Below are positions 13,481-27,464 of a DNA stretch of 64,000 nucleotides, piece by piece. Position 1 is the first letter of the stretch; each line of letters begins with the position of its first letter. Below the pieces are notes generated by a model. The model worked only from the letters and a program-made list of their open reading frames with translations. It had not been told where the DNA came from and did no database searches. Source of the DNA: Pseudomonas aeruginosa PAO1 (lineage in GTDB: Bacteria > Pseudomonadota > Gammaproteobacteria > Pseudomonadales > Pseudomonadaceae); NCBI RefSeq assembly GCF_000006765.1, contig NC_002516.2. One strand, given 5' to 3'. Position numbers and translations under genes: made by a program.

Positions 13481-14415
13481 TGACGCAACCTCAAACTAAG
13501 CTCCCCTCCACTGAACCCCTGCTCCACGCCATCCACCTCAAGACGCAGCGCTCCTCGGCTATCGACACCCAGCACACGACCCTCGATGGAACTCAGGGCA
13601 GTCGAGAGAATGACCTGGGCACCCTGCCAGAGATTGCAGGACTCCCACTCCTCGCGACTTGCAGCAAAGCCTTCGCGCGAATGCCTATCGAGATAATCAG
13701 CCAGCTGCCGATTGAGAGCAGAAAGCAGCCGCGAACGATCCACCAGCTCCCCCAGCGCTTCGCGCAGGGAGGTCCAAGGCTGACCGATATCAGTGGCGGT
13801 CTTCATGTTGACGTTGATCCCTATGCCGATAACGACATGACACAGATCCGCGGGGTCGCCACTCAGCTCCAGGAGAATTCCGGCGATCTTCTTGCCTCCC
13901 TGCAGAAGGTCGTTCGGCCACTTCAACCCGGTGTCCTGGACGCCCAAAGACTCCAGGGCCCGGAGCACCGCGAGACCGACAACCAGGCTCAACCCTTCGA
14001 GCTCCCGAGCGCCCCCCCTGACAGTAATGGCCAGAGAATAATAGAGGTTCTCTCCGTAGGGACTGACCCAGGCTCGCCCGCGACGTCCACGCCCGGCAGT
14101 CTGCTGCTCGGCGACGATAACGAAAGGCGTCGAGGCTCCAGCCGCGAGCCTGCGCATGGCCTCGCTATTGGTCGAATCGACGGTGGGCATGATCTCGACA
14201 GGCCAGAGGCTGTCGATCTTCCGCGGATCCAGGAGACTGAGGGGACTCGCCAGGCGGTAACCCCGGCCACGCACCTTGTGGAACTGCAGGCCATGTTCAG
14301 CCTCCAGGTGCTGCAAGCGTTTCCAGACTGCACTGCGACTGATGCCCAGTACCGCCCCCAACTCCTCACCGGAGTGGAATCGCCCGTCTTGAAGTAGTTT
14401 CAGCAAGGTCTGCAT
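13477..14415 (-). CDS. birA: Bifunctional biotin ligase/repressor
   Basis: N-terminal HTH ([18 protein letters not shown]), [20 protein letters not shown]. Confidence 0.97.
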   Translation of the reverse strand: MQTLLKLLQDGRFHSGEELGAVLGISRSAVWKRLQHLEAEHGLQFHKVRGRGYRLASPLSLLDPRKIDSLWPVEIMPTVDSTNSEAMRRLAAGASTPFVIVAEQQTAGRGRRGRAWVSPYGENLYYSLAITVRGGARELEGLSLVVGLAVLRALESLGVQDTGLKWPNDLLQGGKKIAGILLELSGDPADLCHVVIGIGINVNMKTATDIGQPWTSLREALGELVDRSRLLSALNRQLADYLDRHSREGFAASREEWESCNLWQGAQVILSTALSSIEGRVLGVDSRGALRLEVDGVEQGFSGGELSLRLRQ

Positions 14416-14535
14416 AGACGCCCCACACTAGCCAGGCACGCATCATATAGAGGCACTTGCGCTTTGCCTACGAAAAGCCCTGCCGTATAGCTGCCTTTTC
14501 CCTGGATTTTCGCAGACTTTTCCGCACGCAAAAGC

Positions 14536-14567
14536 AAAACCCCTGGTCATCGCTGACCAGGGGTTTT
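14536..14567 (-). terminator. rrn operon terminator
   Basis: AAAACCCCTGGTCA-N4-TGACCAGGGGTTTT followed on the minus strand by GCTTTT. Confidence 0.85.
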
Positions 14568-14574
14568 GGGATAG

Positions 14575-14694
14575 GAGCTTGACGATGACCTACTCTCACA
14601 TGGGGAGACCCCACACTACCATCGGCGATGCGTCGTTTCACTTCTGAGTTCGGGAAGGGATCAGGTGGTTCCAACGCTCTATGATCGTCAAGCA
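14575..14694 (-). rRNA. rrf: 5S rRNA
   Basis: TGCTTGACGATCATAGAGCG...CCGAACTCAGAAGTGAAA...GATGGTAGTGTGGGGTCTCCCCATGTGAGAGTAGG; ends approximate. Confidence 0.98.
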
Positions 14695-14836
14695 ATTCGG
14701 TTGGATATCCGTTCGCTTGGGCTTACGTCTATCCGGATTCAGGTATGTGATTTCAAGGTGTTTTGCGGTTCATGCGAACTTTCGGTTCGTCGACTTCACC
14801 TTACAACACACAATCGTCAGATTGTTTGGGTGTTAT

Positions 14837-17725
<2,889 letters not shown>

Positions 17726-17951
17726 ATATAACCCCAAGCAATCTGGTTATACTGTGAAGACGACATTCGCCGAAAATTCGCGCTTGAACTCGCAAATTTT
17801 ACCTTGACTTGAATGATCACCAGTGAAAGAGATCATTCAGTCTTACTTCTATCACATACCCGAATTTTTAAAGAACAGTTCTGGTGCAAAGACCAGAAAT
17901 CAATGTTCATTCACGAACATTCATTTCTGAGCTTTCGACGATTGTTTTAGA

Positions 17952-18027
17952 TGGTGGAGCCAAGGAGGATCGAACTCCTGACCTCCTGCGTGCAAAGCAG
18001 GCGCTCTCCCAGCTGAGCTATGGCCCC
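17952..18027 (-). tRNA. tRNA-Ala (TGC) in the rrn spacer
   Basis: 76-nt cloverleaf GGGGCCATAGCTCAGCTGGG...TTGCA...CCA. Confidence 0.98.
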
Positions 18028-18055
18028 GTATCGGATCACGCAGCACACCAACAAT

Positions 18056-18132
<77 letters not shown>

Positions 18133-18195
18133 AATCGTCTAACCAGTGAATCAAGCAATTCGTGTGGGAGCTTATGAAGAAGCTGAGATCTTCGA

Positions 18196-19731
<1,536 letters not shown>

Positions 19732-19895
19732 CAATACTGCTTGGGTTTTGAGAAAACCCTAAACTTGGCTCAGCAATCGCATTCTCTTAAAAAGAGATAA
19801 AACTCTCGAATTCACGAGTGTTACTTGCGTTGCTGATAATCTTGCGATCACCAGTCTTACATCACAAGCACCCACACGAATTGCTTGATTCGACT

Positions 19896-19907
19896 TGTTA
19901 AAGAGCA
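19896..19907 (-). promoter_or_regulatory. rrn leader boxA antiterminator
   Basis: TGCTCTTTAACA. A spacer boxA (TGTTCTTTAAAA) is at 17866-17877. The 16S processing stem arms are ~19871-19888 and 18151-18168. Confidence 0.9.
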
Positions 19908-19942
19908 GTTGGTCAAGGCTTTCGTCTCAACCGAGGCCGCGC

Positions 19943-19970
19943 ATTCTACAGCAACCTCTCGTTCCGTCAA
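19943..19970 (-). promoter_or_regulatory. rrn promoter (proximal)
   Basis: TTGACG-16-TAGAAT, discriminator GCGCGGCC, A/T-rich UP-like tract upstream. Confidence 0.85.
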
Positions 19971-20049
19971 GCGTTATTTTCGAAAATTTTCTTTTCTACT
20001 CAACCGCTTGCGCCGACCTTCAAACCATCTTCCGATCAGCGGGAGGCGC

Positions 20050-20077
20050 ATTCTACAGCGTTCAAATTCGCTGTCAA
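20050..20077 (-). promoter_or_regulatory. rrn promoter (middle)
   Basis: TTGACA-16-TAGAAT, discriminator GCGCCTCC. Confidence 0.85.
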
Positions 20078-20227
20078 GCACCTCGATGAAGCTTCGTTTC
20101 GAGCCCCTTTCGGGACCGAACCGCTGCGGCGAACAACCTGCCGGAGCGCTTCACCACTCCTGGGAGAGAATCCGTAAATCCTTGATTTTCAAGCATTTAC
20201 TCTTCGTCGTCGCCGGGAGTGGTGCGC

Positions 20228-20255
20228 ATTATAGGGAGATAGAAACTGGCGTCAA
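20228..20255 (-). promoter_or_regulatory. rrn promoter (distal)
   Basis: TTGACG-16-TATAAT, discriminator GCGCACCA, A/T-rich tract upstream. Confidence 0.85.
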
Positions 20256-20403
20256 CACTTATTTGAAAGTTTTTAACCCAAAGGTCAGGAAGCCCAGAGG
20301 ACGCCCCATTCCTCCTTTATAGGCTGGCTTGCCCCGCCCTCTCCTTCTGTTGCCTCATATAAGGAATGCGAGCCACGGCTCCGCCGCTTTCGACGAGTGT
20401 TCC

Positions 20404-21633
20404 ATGCGCCTCATACATACCTCCGACTGGCACCTGGGCCAGACCCTGCACGGCCAGGACCGCGATCATGAGCATGCGCGCTTCCTCGACTGGCTGCTGC
20501 GCCAGCTGGAAGAGCAGCGCGCCGATGTCCTGCTGATCGCGGGCGATATCTTCGACACGATCAATCCACCGCTCAAAGCCCAGGAGCGCCTCTACGACTT
20601 CATCGTCAGCGCCCATCGACGGCTGCCGCGGCTGGAGATCGTGATGATCGCAGGCAACCACGACTCCGGCGCGCGCATCGAACTGCCCGCTCCGCTGATG
20701 AAACGACTGAACGCCCATGCCATCGGCCGAATCGGCTGGATAGACGAAAGCCTCGATAGCGATCGCCTGCTGCTGCCCCTGCACGACGCGGATGGCCAGG
20801 TCGCCGCCTGGTGCCTGGCCCTGCCCTTCCTGCGTCCCGCCGAAGTCACCGGAGGCGGGCTCGGCGACGATTACCTGGCCGGTATCCGCCAGGTGCACGA
20901 ACGCCTGGTTGCCGCCGCGCACGCCCGTCGCACGCCGGGACAGGCACTGGTCGCCGTCAGCCACGCACACATGGCCGGCGGCTCGGTTTCCGAAGACTCC
21001 GAGCGAAACCTGATCATCGGCAACGTCGAAGCGCTGCCCGCCAGCCTGTTTCCGGAGCAGATCGCCTACGTAGCCCTCGGTCATCTGCACAAGCCACAGA
21101 AAGTCGCCGGACAGGAGCGCATTCGCTATAGCGGCTCGCCGCTGCCGCTGTCCTTCGCCGAAGTGAACTATCGCCACCAGGTCCTCCTCGTCACCCTGGA
21201 AGGTGAGCGCCTGAAGGATGTACAGAGTCTTCCGGTGCCACGCGCGGTGGAACTGTTGCGCATCGGCCCCGCGCCTCTTGGCGAGGTGCTCGATCGAATC
21301 GGCGAACTGGCCGAGGCCGACCTGCTGAACGAACAGCGGCCCTGGCTGGAAGTCCGCGTCATGCTGGATCAGCCGCAACCGGACCTGCGCCAGCAGGTCG
21401 AGAGCGCCCTGCTGGGCAAGGCTTGCCGTCTGGTGCGCATCGCCAGCGAGTACCAGCGCCGCGACGAAGAGCAGGCGCCGCTGCTCGGGCTCGACCAACT
21501 CAACCCCCAGGAACTGTTCAGCCGCGCCTGGGAAAGCGCCTATGGCTCCGGCCCGGATGCGCAGGCGCTGGATGACTTCGCCAGCCTGCTGCAAAGCGTC
21601 GAACTGGCCACCGAAGAGCCCCCGGGGAAATAA
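20404..21633 (+). CDS. sbcD: SbcD nuclease (Mre11 family)
   Basis: Start MRLIHTSDWHLG; AGDIFD, AGNHDS, ALGHLH, YSGSP motifs. Confidence 0.96.
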   Translation: MRLIHTSDWHLGQTLHGQDRDHEHARFLDWLLRQLEEQRADVLLIAGDIFDTINPPLKAQERLYDFIVSAHRRLPRLEIVMIAGNHDSGARIELPAPLMKRLNAHAIGRIGWIDESLDSDRLLLPLHDADGQVAAWCLALPFLRPAEVTGGGLGDDYLAGIRQVHERLVAAAHARRTPGQALVAVSHAHMAGGSVSEDSERNLIIGNVEALPASLFPEQIAYVALGHLHKPQKVAGQERIRYSGSPLPLSFAEVNYRHQVLLVTLEGERLKDVQSLPVPRAVELLRIGPAPLGEVLDRIGELAEADLLNEQRPWLEVRVMLDQPQPDLRQQVESALLGKACRLVRIASEYQRRDEEQAPLLGLDQLNPQELFSRAWESAYGSGPDAQALDDFASLLQSVELATEEPPGK

Positions 21634-21641
21634 GCCGTTCC

Positions 21642-24600
21642 ATGAAGATTCTCGCCATCCGCCTGAAGAACCTCGCCTCCCTCGCTGGCGAGCAGGAAAT
21701 CGACTTCACCCGCGAACCGCTGTCCAGCGCCGGCCTGTTCGCCATCACCGGTCCGACCGGCGCCGGCAAGAGCACCGTGCTGGACGCCCTGTGCCTGGCC
21801 CTGTTCGGCAGCACGCCGCGGCTGGAAAGCACTTCGGCCAGCAGCAAGGTTCCCGATGGCCGGAACGAGCTGTCCAGCAACGACGAACGCAACCTGCTGC
21901 GCCGCGGTTGCGCCAGCGGCTACGCCGAAGTGGATTTCGTCGGCATCGACGGCCACCGCTATCGCGCCCGCTGGGAAACCCGGCGCTCCCGGGACAAGGC
22001 GGACGGCGCCTTGCAAAAGAGCCAGCAGAGCCTCCAGGACCTGGAGACCCAGCAAATGCTGGCAGCGAACAAGAAAAGCGAGTTCCGCGAACAGCTGGAG
22101 CAGAAGCTCGGCCTCAATTTCGCCCAGTTCACTCGCGCCGTGCTGCTGGCCCAGAGCGAATTCAGCGCCTTCCTCAAGGCCAGCGACAACGACCGCGGCG
22201 CATTGCTGGAGAAACTCACCGACACCGGCCTGTACAGCCAATTGAGCAAAGCCGCCTATCAGCGCGCCAGCCAGGCCGACGAGCAGCGCAAGCAACTCGA
22301 GCAACGCCTGGAAGGCAGCCTGCCCCTGGCCGAGCAGGCCCGGGCCGGGCTCGAGGCGGCGCTGGAATCCCACGCCCAGGCGCGTCTCCAGGAGCAACAG
22401 GCACTGCAACGTCTGGAAGGCCAGCAACAATGGTTCACCGAGGAGCAGCGGCTGCTGCAATCCTGCGAGCACGCACAAGGCCAACTGGCCGAGGCCAGGC
22501 AGGCCTGGGACGCCCTGGCGACGGAGCGGGAAACCCTGCAATGGCTGGAGCGCCTGGCTCCGGTTCGCGGACTGATCGAACGCCTGAAGCAACTCGAGCA
22601 GGAACTCCGGCACTCCGAGCAGCAGCAGCGGCAGCGCACCGAGCAGCAAGCCGCGGGCACCGAGCGCTTGCAAGGATTGCAGGCCCGCTTGCAGGAGGCG
22701 CGCGAGCGCCAGGCCCAGGCCGACAACCATCTGCGTCAGGCCCAGGCGCCGTTGCGCGAGGCTTTCCAGCTGGAGAGCGAGGCCAGGCGCCTGGAGCGAA
22801 CGCTGGCCGAGCGACAGGAACTCCATCGGCAATCGAACCAGCGCCACGCCCAGCAAAGCGACGCCGCTCGGCAACTGGATATGGAGCAGCAGCGCCATGT
22901 CGCGGAACAGGCGCAACTGCAGGCGGCATTGCGCGACAGCCAGGCTCTCGCCGCGCTCGGCGACGCCTGGGTGACCCACCAGGGCCAGCTCGCCACCTTC
23001 GTGCAACGTCGCCAGCGCGCGCTCGAAAGCCAGGCGCAGCTCCCCGAGCTGGAAAAATCCCTGGCCCACGCCGGGGAACCGCTCGAACGCTTGCAGGCGC
23101 AATGGACCGCCCTCCATGGCAGCGAGCCGGACGACCTGGCGGCACGCCTGGTCGAATTGCGCCGGCAGACCGATAGCCTGGAACGACAACAAGCGCTCCA
23201 CAAGGAATGGCAACAGGTCCTCGACCAACGCGCCGGTCTGGCTCGACGCCTGGGCGAACTCGACCAGCGTATGGTCGAGCAGGAGCAGGCATTGCTCGAC
23301 CTGAAACGACAAGGCAGCCAATGCGCCGAGGAGGTGAAGGCGGCGGAGCAGGCCCTGCAGGTCACCCGCGAGTTGCTCCAGCGCCAACGTCTGGCCCGCA
23401 GCGCCAGCGTCGAGCAACTGCGCGCCGGCCTGGTGGACGGCGAGGCCTGCCCGGTCTGCGGCAGCCAGGAGCATCCCTATCACCATTCCGAGCAACTGCT
23501 CGCCGCCCTCGGTGAACACGACGACCAGGAGCAGGTCCGCGCCGAGCAGTCCCTCGAGCGGCTGCGACAGACCCTGGTCGGTCTGCGCGAGGGCTATTCC
23601 AGCCAGCGGGAAAGACTCAACCAGAGTCGCCAGGAGCAGCAGGAACTGACTGGCCAACTGGCCGCGCTCGATCGGCAACTGGACCAATGGACGCTGCCGG
23701 AAGAACTGCGACTCCTGCAGCCGTCCGCGCAGTTGGAGTGGCTGGCACAACGCCTGGACGACCTGGCAGGGCAGCGCCAGCAGTGCCAACGAGACTTCGA
23801 CCGGCTGATCGCCCGCCAGCGCCAGACCCAGCAATTGCAGCAGGAACTGCGGGCCGCCGAGACGATCCTGCAACAGCGCCAGCAGGCGCTGACGGAACAA
23901 CGGCAGCGCTACGAACATTTGCAGCAGCAGGTCGAGGAGGACAGCCAGCAATTGCGTCCATTGCTCTCCGACGAGCACTGGCAGCGCTGGCAGGCAGATC
24001 CGCTGCGGACTTTCCAGGCACTCGGCGAGTCCATCGAGCAACGCCGGCAGCAACAGGCGCGGCTTCAGCAGATCGAACAGCGTCTGCAGGAGCTCAAGCA
24101 GCGCTGCGATGAATCGAGCTGGCAACTGAAGCAAAGCGACGAGCAACGCAACGAAGCCCGTCAGGCAGAGGAAAGGGCCCAGGCGGAACTCGCCGAACTG
24201 AACGGACGCCTCGGCGCTCACCTGGGCCAGCACGCCTGCGCCCAGGACTGGCAGCTATCGCTGGAGCACGCCGCGCAAGCGGCGCAGAGCGCCGTCGAGA
24301 CGCTCCAGGCGCCCCTGGATTCGCTGCGCGAGGAACAACTGCGACTCGCCGAAGCCCTGGAACACCTGCAGCAGCAACGGCAGCGCCAACAGGATGAGTT
24401 CCAGCGCCTTCAGGCCGACTGGCAGGCCTGGCGCGAACGCCAGGACAACCTCGACGACAGCCGCCTCGACGCCCTGCTCGGCCTTTCCGAGGAACAGGCG
24501 ACGCAATGGCGGGAGCAATTGCAGCGACTGCAAGAGGAGATCACCCGCCAGCAGACACTGGAAGCAGAGCGCCAGGCGCAACTGCTCCAGCATCGCCGGC

Positions 24601-25277
24601 AGCGGCCGGAAACCGACCGCGAGGCGCTGGAAGACAACCTGCGGCAACAGCGCGAACGCCTGGCCGCCAGCGAACAGGCCTACCTGGAGACCTACAGCCA
24701 GTTGCAGGCCGACAACCAGCGCCGCGAGCAGAGCCAGGCGCTGCTTGCCGAACTGGAGCGAGCCCGCGCCGAGTTCCGCAGATGGGGCCGCCTGAACGAA
24801 CTGATCGGTTCGTCCAGCGGCGACAAGTTCCGCCGCATCGCCCAGGGCTACAACCTCGACCTGCTGGTGCAGCACAGCAACGTGCAGTTGCGCCAGTTGG
24901 CGCGGCGCTACCGCCTGCAGCGCGGCGGCAGCGAACTGGGCCTGCTGGTGGTGGACACCGAGATGGGCGACGAACTGCGCTCGGTGTATTCGCTCTCCGG
25001 CGGCGAGACCTTCCTGATTTCCCTGGCCCTGGCGCTCGGCCTGGCCTCGATGGCATCGAGCAAGCTGCGCATCGAGTCGCTGTTCATCGACGAAGGCTTC
25101 GGCAGCCTCGACCCGGAATCCCTGCAACTGGCGATGGATGCCCTGGACAACCTGCAGGCCCAGGGACGCAAGGTGGCGGTGATTTCCCACGTCCAGGAAA
25201 TGCACGAACGGATCCCGGTCCAGGTGCGGGTCCAGCGCGAGGGCAACGGCATGAGCAGCCTGAAGGTGGTCGGCTGA
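21642..25277 (+). CDS. sbcC: SbcC SMC-type ATPase (Rad50 family)
   Basis: Walker A GPTGAGKS, long Gln/Glu coiled coil, Zn hook CPVCG, LSGGETF, FIDEGFGSLD. Confidence 0.96.
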   Translation: MKILAIRLKNLASLAGEQEIDFTREPLSSAGLFAITGPTGAGKSTVLDALCLALFGSTPRLESTSASSKVPDGRNELSSNDERNLLRRGCASGYAEVDFVGIDGHRYRARWETRRSRDKADGALQKSQQSLQDLETQQMLAANKKSEFREQLEQKLGLNFAQFTRAVLLAQSEFSAFLKASDNDRGALLEKLTDTGLYSQLSKAAYQRASQADEQRKQLEQRLEGSLPLAEQARAGLEAALESHAQARLQEQQALQRLEGQQQWFTEEQRLLQSCEHAQGQLAEARQAWDALATERETLQWLERLAPVRGLIERLKQLEQELRHSEQQQRQRTEQQAAGTERLQGLQARLQEARERQAQADNHLRQAQAPLREAFQLESEARRLERTLAERQELHRQSNQRHAQQSDAARQLDMEQQRHVAEQAQLQAALRDSQALAALGDAWVTHQGQLATFVQRRQRALESQAQLPELEKSLAHAGEPLERLQAQWTALHGSEPDDLAARLVELRRQTDSLERQQALHKEWQQVLDQRAGLARRLGELDQRMVEQEQALLDLKRQGSQCAEEVKAAEQALQVTRELLQRQRLARSASVEQLRAGLVDGEACPVCGSQEHPYHHSEQLLAALGEHDDQEQVRAEQSLERLRQTLVGLREGYSSQRERLNQSRQEQQELTGQLAALDRQLDQWTLPEELRLLQPSAQLEWLAQRLDDLAGQRQQCQRDFDRLIARQRQTQQLQQELRAAETILQQRQQALTEQRQRYEHLQQQVEEDSQQLRPLLSDEHWQRWQADPLRTFQALGESIEQRRQQQARLQQIEQRLQELKQRCDESSWQLKQSDEQRNEARQAEERAQAELAELNGRLGAHLGQHACAQDWQLSLEHAAQAAQSAVETLQAPLDSLREEQLRLAEALEHLQQQRQRQQDEFQRLQADWQAWRERQDNLDDSRLDALLGLSEEQATQWREQLQRLQEEITRQQTLEAERQAQLLQHRRQRPETDREALEDNLRQQRERLAASEQAYLETYSQLQADNQRREQSQALLAELERARAEFRRWGRLNELIGSSSGDKFRRIAQGYNLDLLVQHSNVQLRQLARRYRLQRGGSELGLLVVDTEMGDELRSVYSLSGGETFLISLALALGLASMASSKLRIESLFIDEGFGSLDPESLQLAMDALDNLQAQGRKVAVISHVQEMHERIPVQVRVQREGNGMSSLKVVG

Positions 25278-25298
25278 GCCGACCGCCCAGGCGGCACG

Positions 25299-27464
25299 TC
25301 AGAACGGCAGCTCGGTCTGTTCACCCGGAGCATGCGGCGGCTGCTCTTCCCTTTCCGGCCGCAGATGCAGCATCAGCCCGCTGAGCCGGCGCACCTTGCG
25401 CCGCACTGCTTCCTCGAACACCCCGGGCAGGCTTTCCACCAGGCTGAACCAGTCGCGGGCGCGGGTGATACCGGTGTACACCAGCTCCTTGGTCAGCACC
25501 GGGTTCAGCGCGTCCGGCAGGACCAGCGCGGTATGGGCGAACTCCGAACCCTGCGACTTGTGCACGGTCATGGCGAACACGGTGTCCACCTCGACCAGGC
25601 GGCTCGGCAGGACGAAGCGCACGCCGCCGCTACCGTCGTTGCGCGGGAAGGCCACGCGCAGCGCGAAGCGCAGGCTGCCGTCGTCGTTGCGCTCGGGCAG
25701 GCGCAGGGCGATGCCGATATCGCCGTTCATCAGCCCCAGGCTGTAGTCGTTGCGCGTCACCAGTACCGGCCGCCCCTCGTACCAGCCGTGATCGGCCTCG
25801 ATCAGGCCAAGGCGCAGCAGTTCTGCCGCTACCCGCTGGTTCAGTCCTTCCACGCCCCATGGGCCGCGGCGCAGCGCGCAGAGCAGGCGGAAGGCGTCGA
25901 AAGCCGTCAGTACCGACTGCGCCCAGCGCTCCCAGGCGCCATCCTCCAGCGCCAGTCCGGCGGCCGGGCGGCCCTCGGCCAGGCGTTGCAGGTAGTGCCG
26001 GTAGCCGTACGGCGTGCCCGGCGCCTGCGGATGACCGTCGACGAACAGCCGGGCGAAGGCTGCATCGCGCTCCCCGCGCAGGCGCAGGTCGAAGAGGTCG
26101 GCGGGCGGACTGTCCAGCAGCGCGCGCGCGTCGCCGGCCTGTTGCCGGTTGACCAACCGCGCCAGGCGCCCGATCCCGCTGCTCGCGCCGAAGCGCCGGG
26201 AATGCCGCAGCATGACGGTCTGTTGCGCCAGCGGATGCGCCTGCGACGAACCTTCGCGCAAGCCCTGCCAGGTTTCGCCGCTGACCCGCTGCAACCAGGC
26301 GCGGGTCTCGGCGCTGTACCAGCCCTCCTCGGCATCCCGGCAGAGATCGCCGAGCACCGCGCCGGCCTCTACCGAGGCCAACTGGTCCTTGTCGCCGAGC
26401 AGGATCAGGCGCGCCTGCGGCGGTAGCGCATCGAGCAGGCTGGCCATCATTTCCAGGTCGATCATCGAGGCCTCGTCCACCACCAGCACGTCCAGCGCCA
26501 AAGGGTTGTCCCGGTGGTGGCGGAAGTGCCGGGTATCCGGACGGCTGCCAAGCAGACGGTGCAGGGTAGTGACCTCGGCGGGGATCGCCTGCAACACGTC
26601 TTCCGCCAGCGGCAGGGCCCGGACCTGCTGGCCGATGGATTCGGAGAGACGCGCCGCGGCCTTGCCGGTGGGCGCCGCGAGGCGGATGCGCAGCGGCTGG
26701 CCGGCGGCTACCGCCGGTGCCTGGAGCAGACCGAGCAGGCGCACCACGGTGGTGGTCTTGCCGGTACCGGGACCGCCGGTGATCAGGCTGAAATAGCCGC
26801 GGGCCGCCAGGGCGCAGGCCAGCTTCTGCCAGTCGGTGACGCGCTGGCCGTCTTCCGTAGGCGCCTGCGCGAACAGCGCGGCCAGGCGCGGCGCCAGGTC
26901 GGCGGCCAGGGGCGCCTGCCGACCCAGGCGCTCGCGCAGGGCCAGGGCGATCTCCAGTTCGTGCCGCCAATAACGACGCAGGTAGAGACGCTGGGCGCAA
27001 AGCACCAGCGGCGAGGTCGCCGTCTCGCTCGGCTCGGGATCGCCTGGGCGCTCGTCGACCACCTCCACCAGCGGTGACGCCGCCAGGGCCTCGCGCCAGG
27101 CGTCGAGGCGCACGCCGTGCAGCAGTTGCGACGGCAACAGCACATCGCGGCCTTCGTCGCCTTCCGGCGGCAGCGACAGTGCCGCGTCGGGCGCGCCGAC
27201 GGTCGCCTCCAGGTCCAGGCAGACGTGACCGTGGCCCAGTTGGTGGCTGGTCAGCGCCGCCGCCAGCAGCACCCGGGGATCGGCCTGCGGCTGCAACTCG
27301 ACGAGGAAGGCGACGAACGCCCGGTCCAGCGCCCGTAGCCAGCCGCGCGCCACCCACAGGTCGAGCTGGCGCAGCAGGTCGTGGCGTGCCGCCAGCGGTT
27401 GCGCTACCTGGTCGTCGCGGCCATCGCGGACTTCGCCGGCCAGTTGCTTGAGGGTCGGATTCAT
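25299..27464 (-). CDS. recD: RecBCD subunit RecD
   Basis: GGPGTGKTT, LVVDEASM, AMTVHKSQGSEF, YTGITRA. Confidence 0.97.
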   Translation of the reverse strand: MNPTLKQLAGEVRDGRDDQVAQPLAARHDLLRQLDLWVARGWLRALDRAFVAFLVELQPQADPRVLLAAALTSHQLGHGHVCLDLEATVGAPDAALSLPPEGDEGRDVLLPSQLLHGVRLDAWREALAASPLVEVVDERPGDPEPSETATSPLVLCAQRLYLRRYWRHELEIALALRERLGRQAPLAADLAPRLAALFAQAPTEDGQRVTDWQKLACALAARGYFSLITGGPGTGKTTTVVRLLGLLQAPAVAAGQPLRIRLAAPTGKAAARLSESIGQQVRALPLAEDVLQAIPAEVTTLHRLLGSRPDTRHFRHHRDNPLALDVLVVDEASMIDLEMMASLLDALPPQARLILLGDKDQLASVEAGAVLGDLCRDAEEGWYSAETRAWLQRVSGETWQGLREGSSQAHPLAQQTVMLRHSRRFGASSGIGRLARLVNRQQAGDARALLDSPPADLFDLRLRGERDAAFARLFVDGHPQAPGTPYGYRHYLQRLAEGRPAAGLALEDGAWERWAQSVLTAFDAFRLLCALRRGPWGVEGLNQRVAAELLRLGLIEADHGWYEGRPVLVTRNDYSLGLMNGDIGIALRLPERNDDGSLRFALRVAFPRNDGSGGVRFVLPSRLVEVDTVFAMTVHKSQGSEFAHTALVLPDALNPVLTKELVYTGITRARDWFSLVESLPGVFEEAVRRKVRRLSGLMLHLRPEREEQPPHAPGEQTELPF

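Noticed and set aside
22300-24760. Q/E/R/L-rich repetitive-looking stretch in sbcC
   Set aside because: This is the expected SMC coiled coil, not a tandem DNA repeat or a fused domain.
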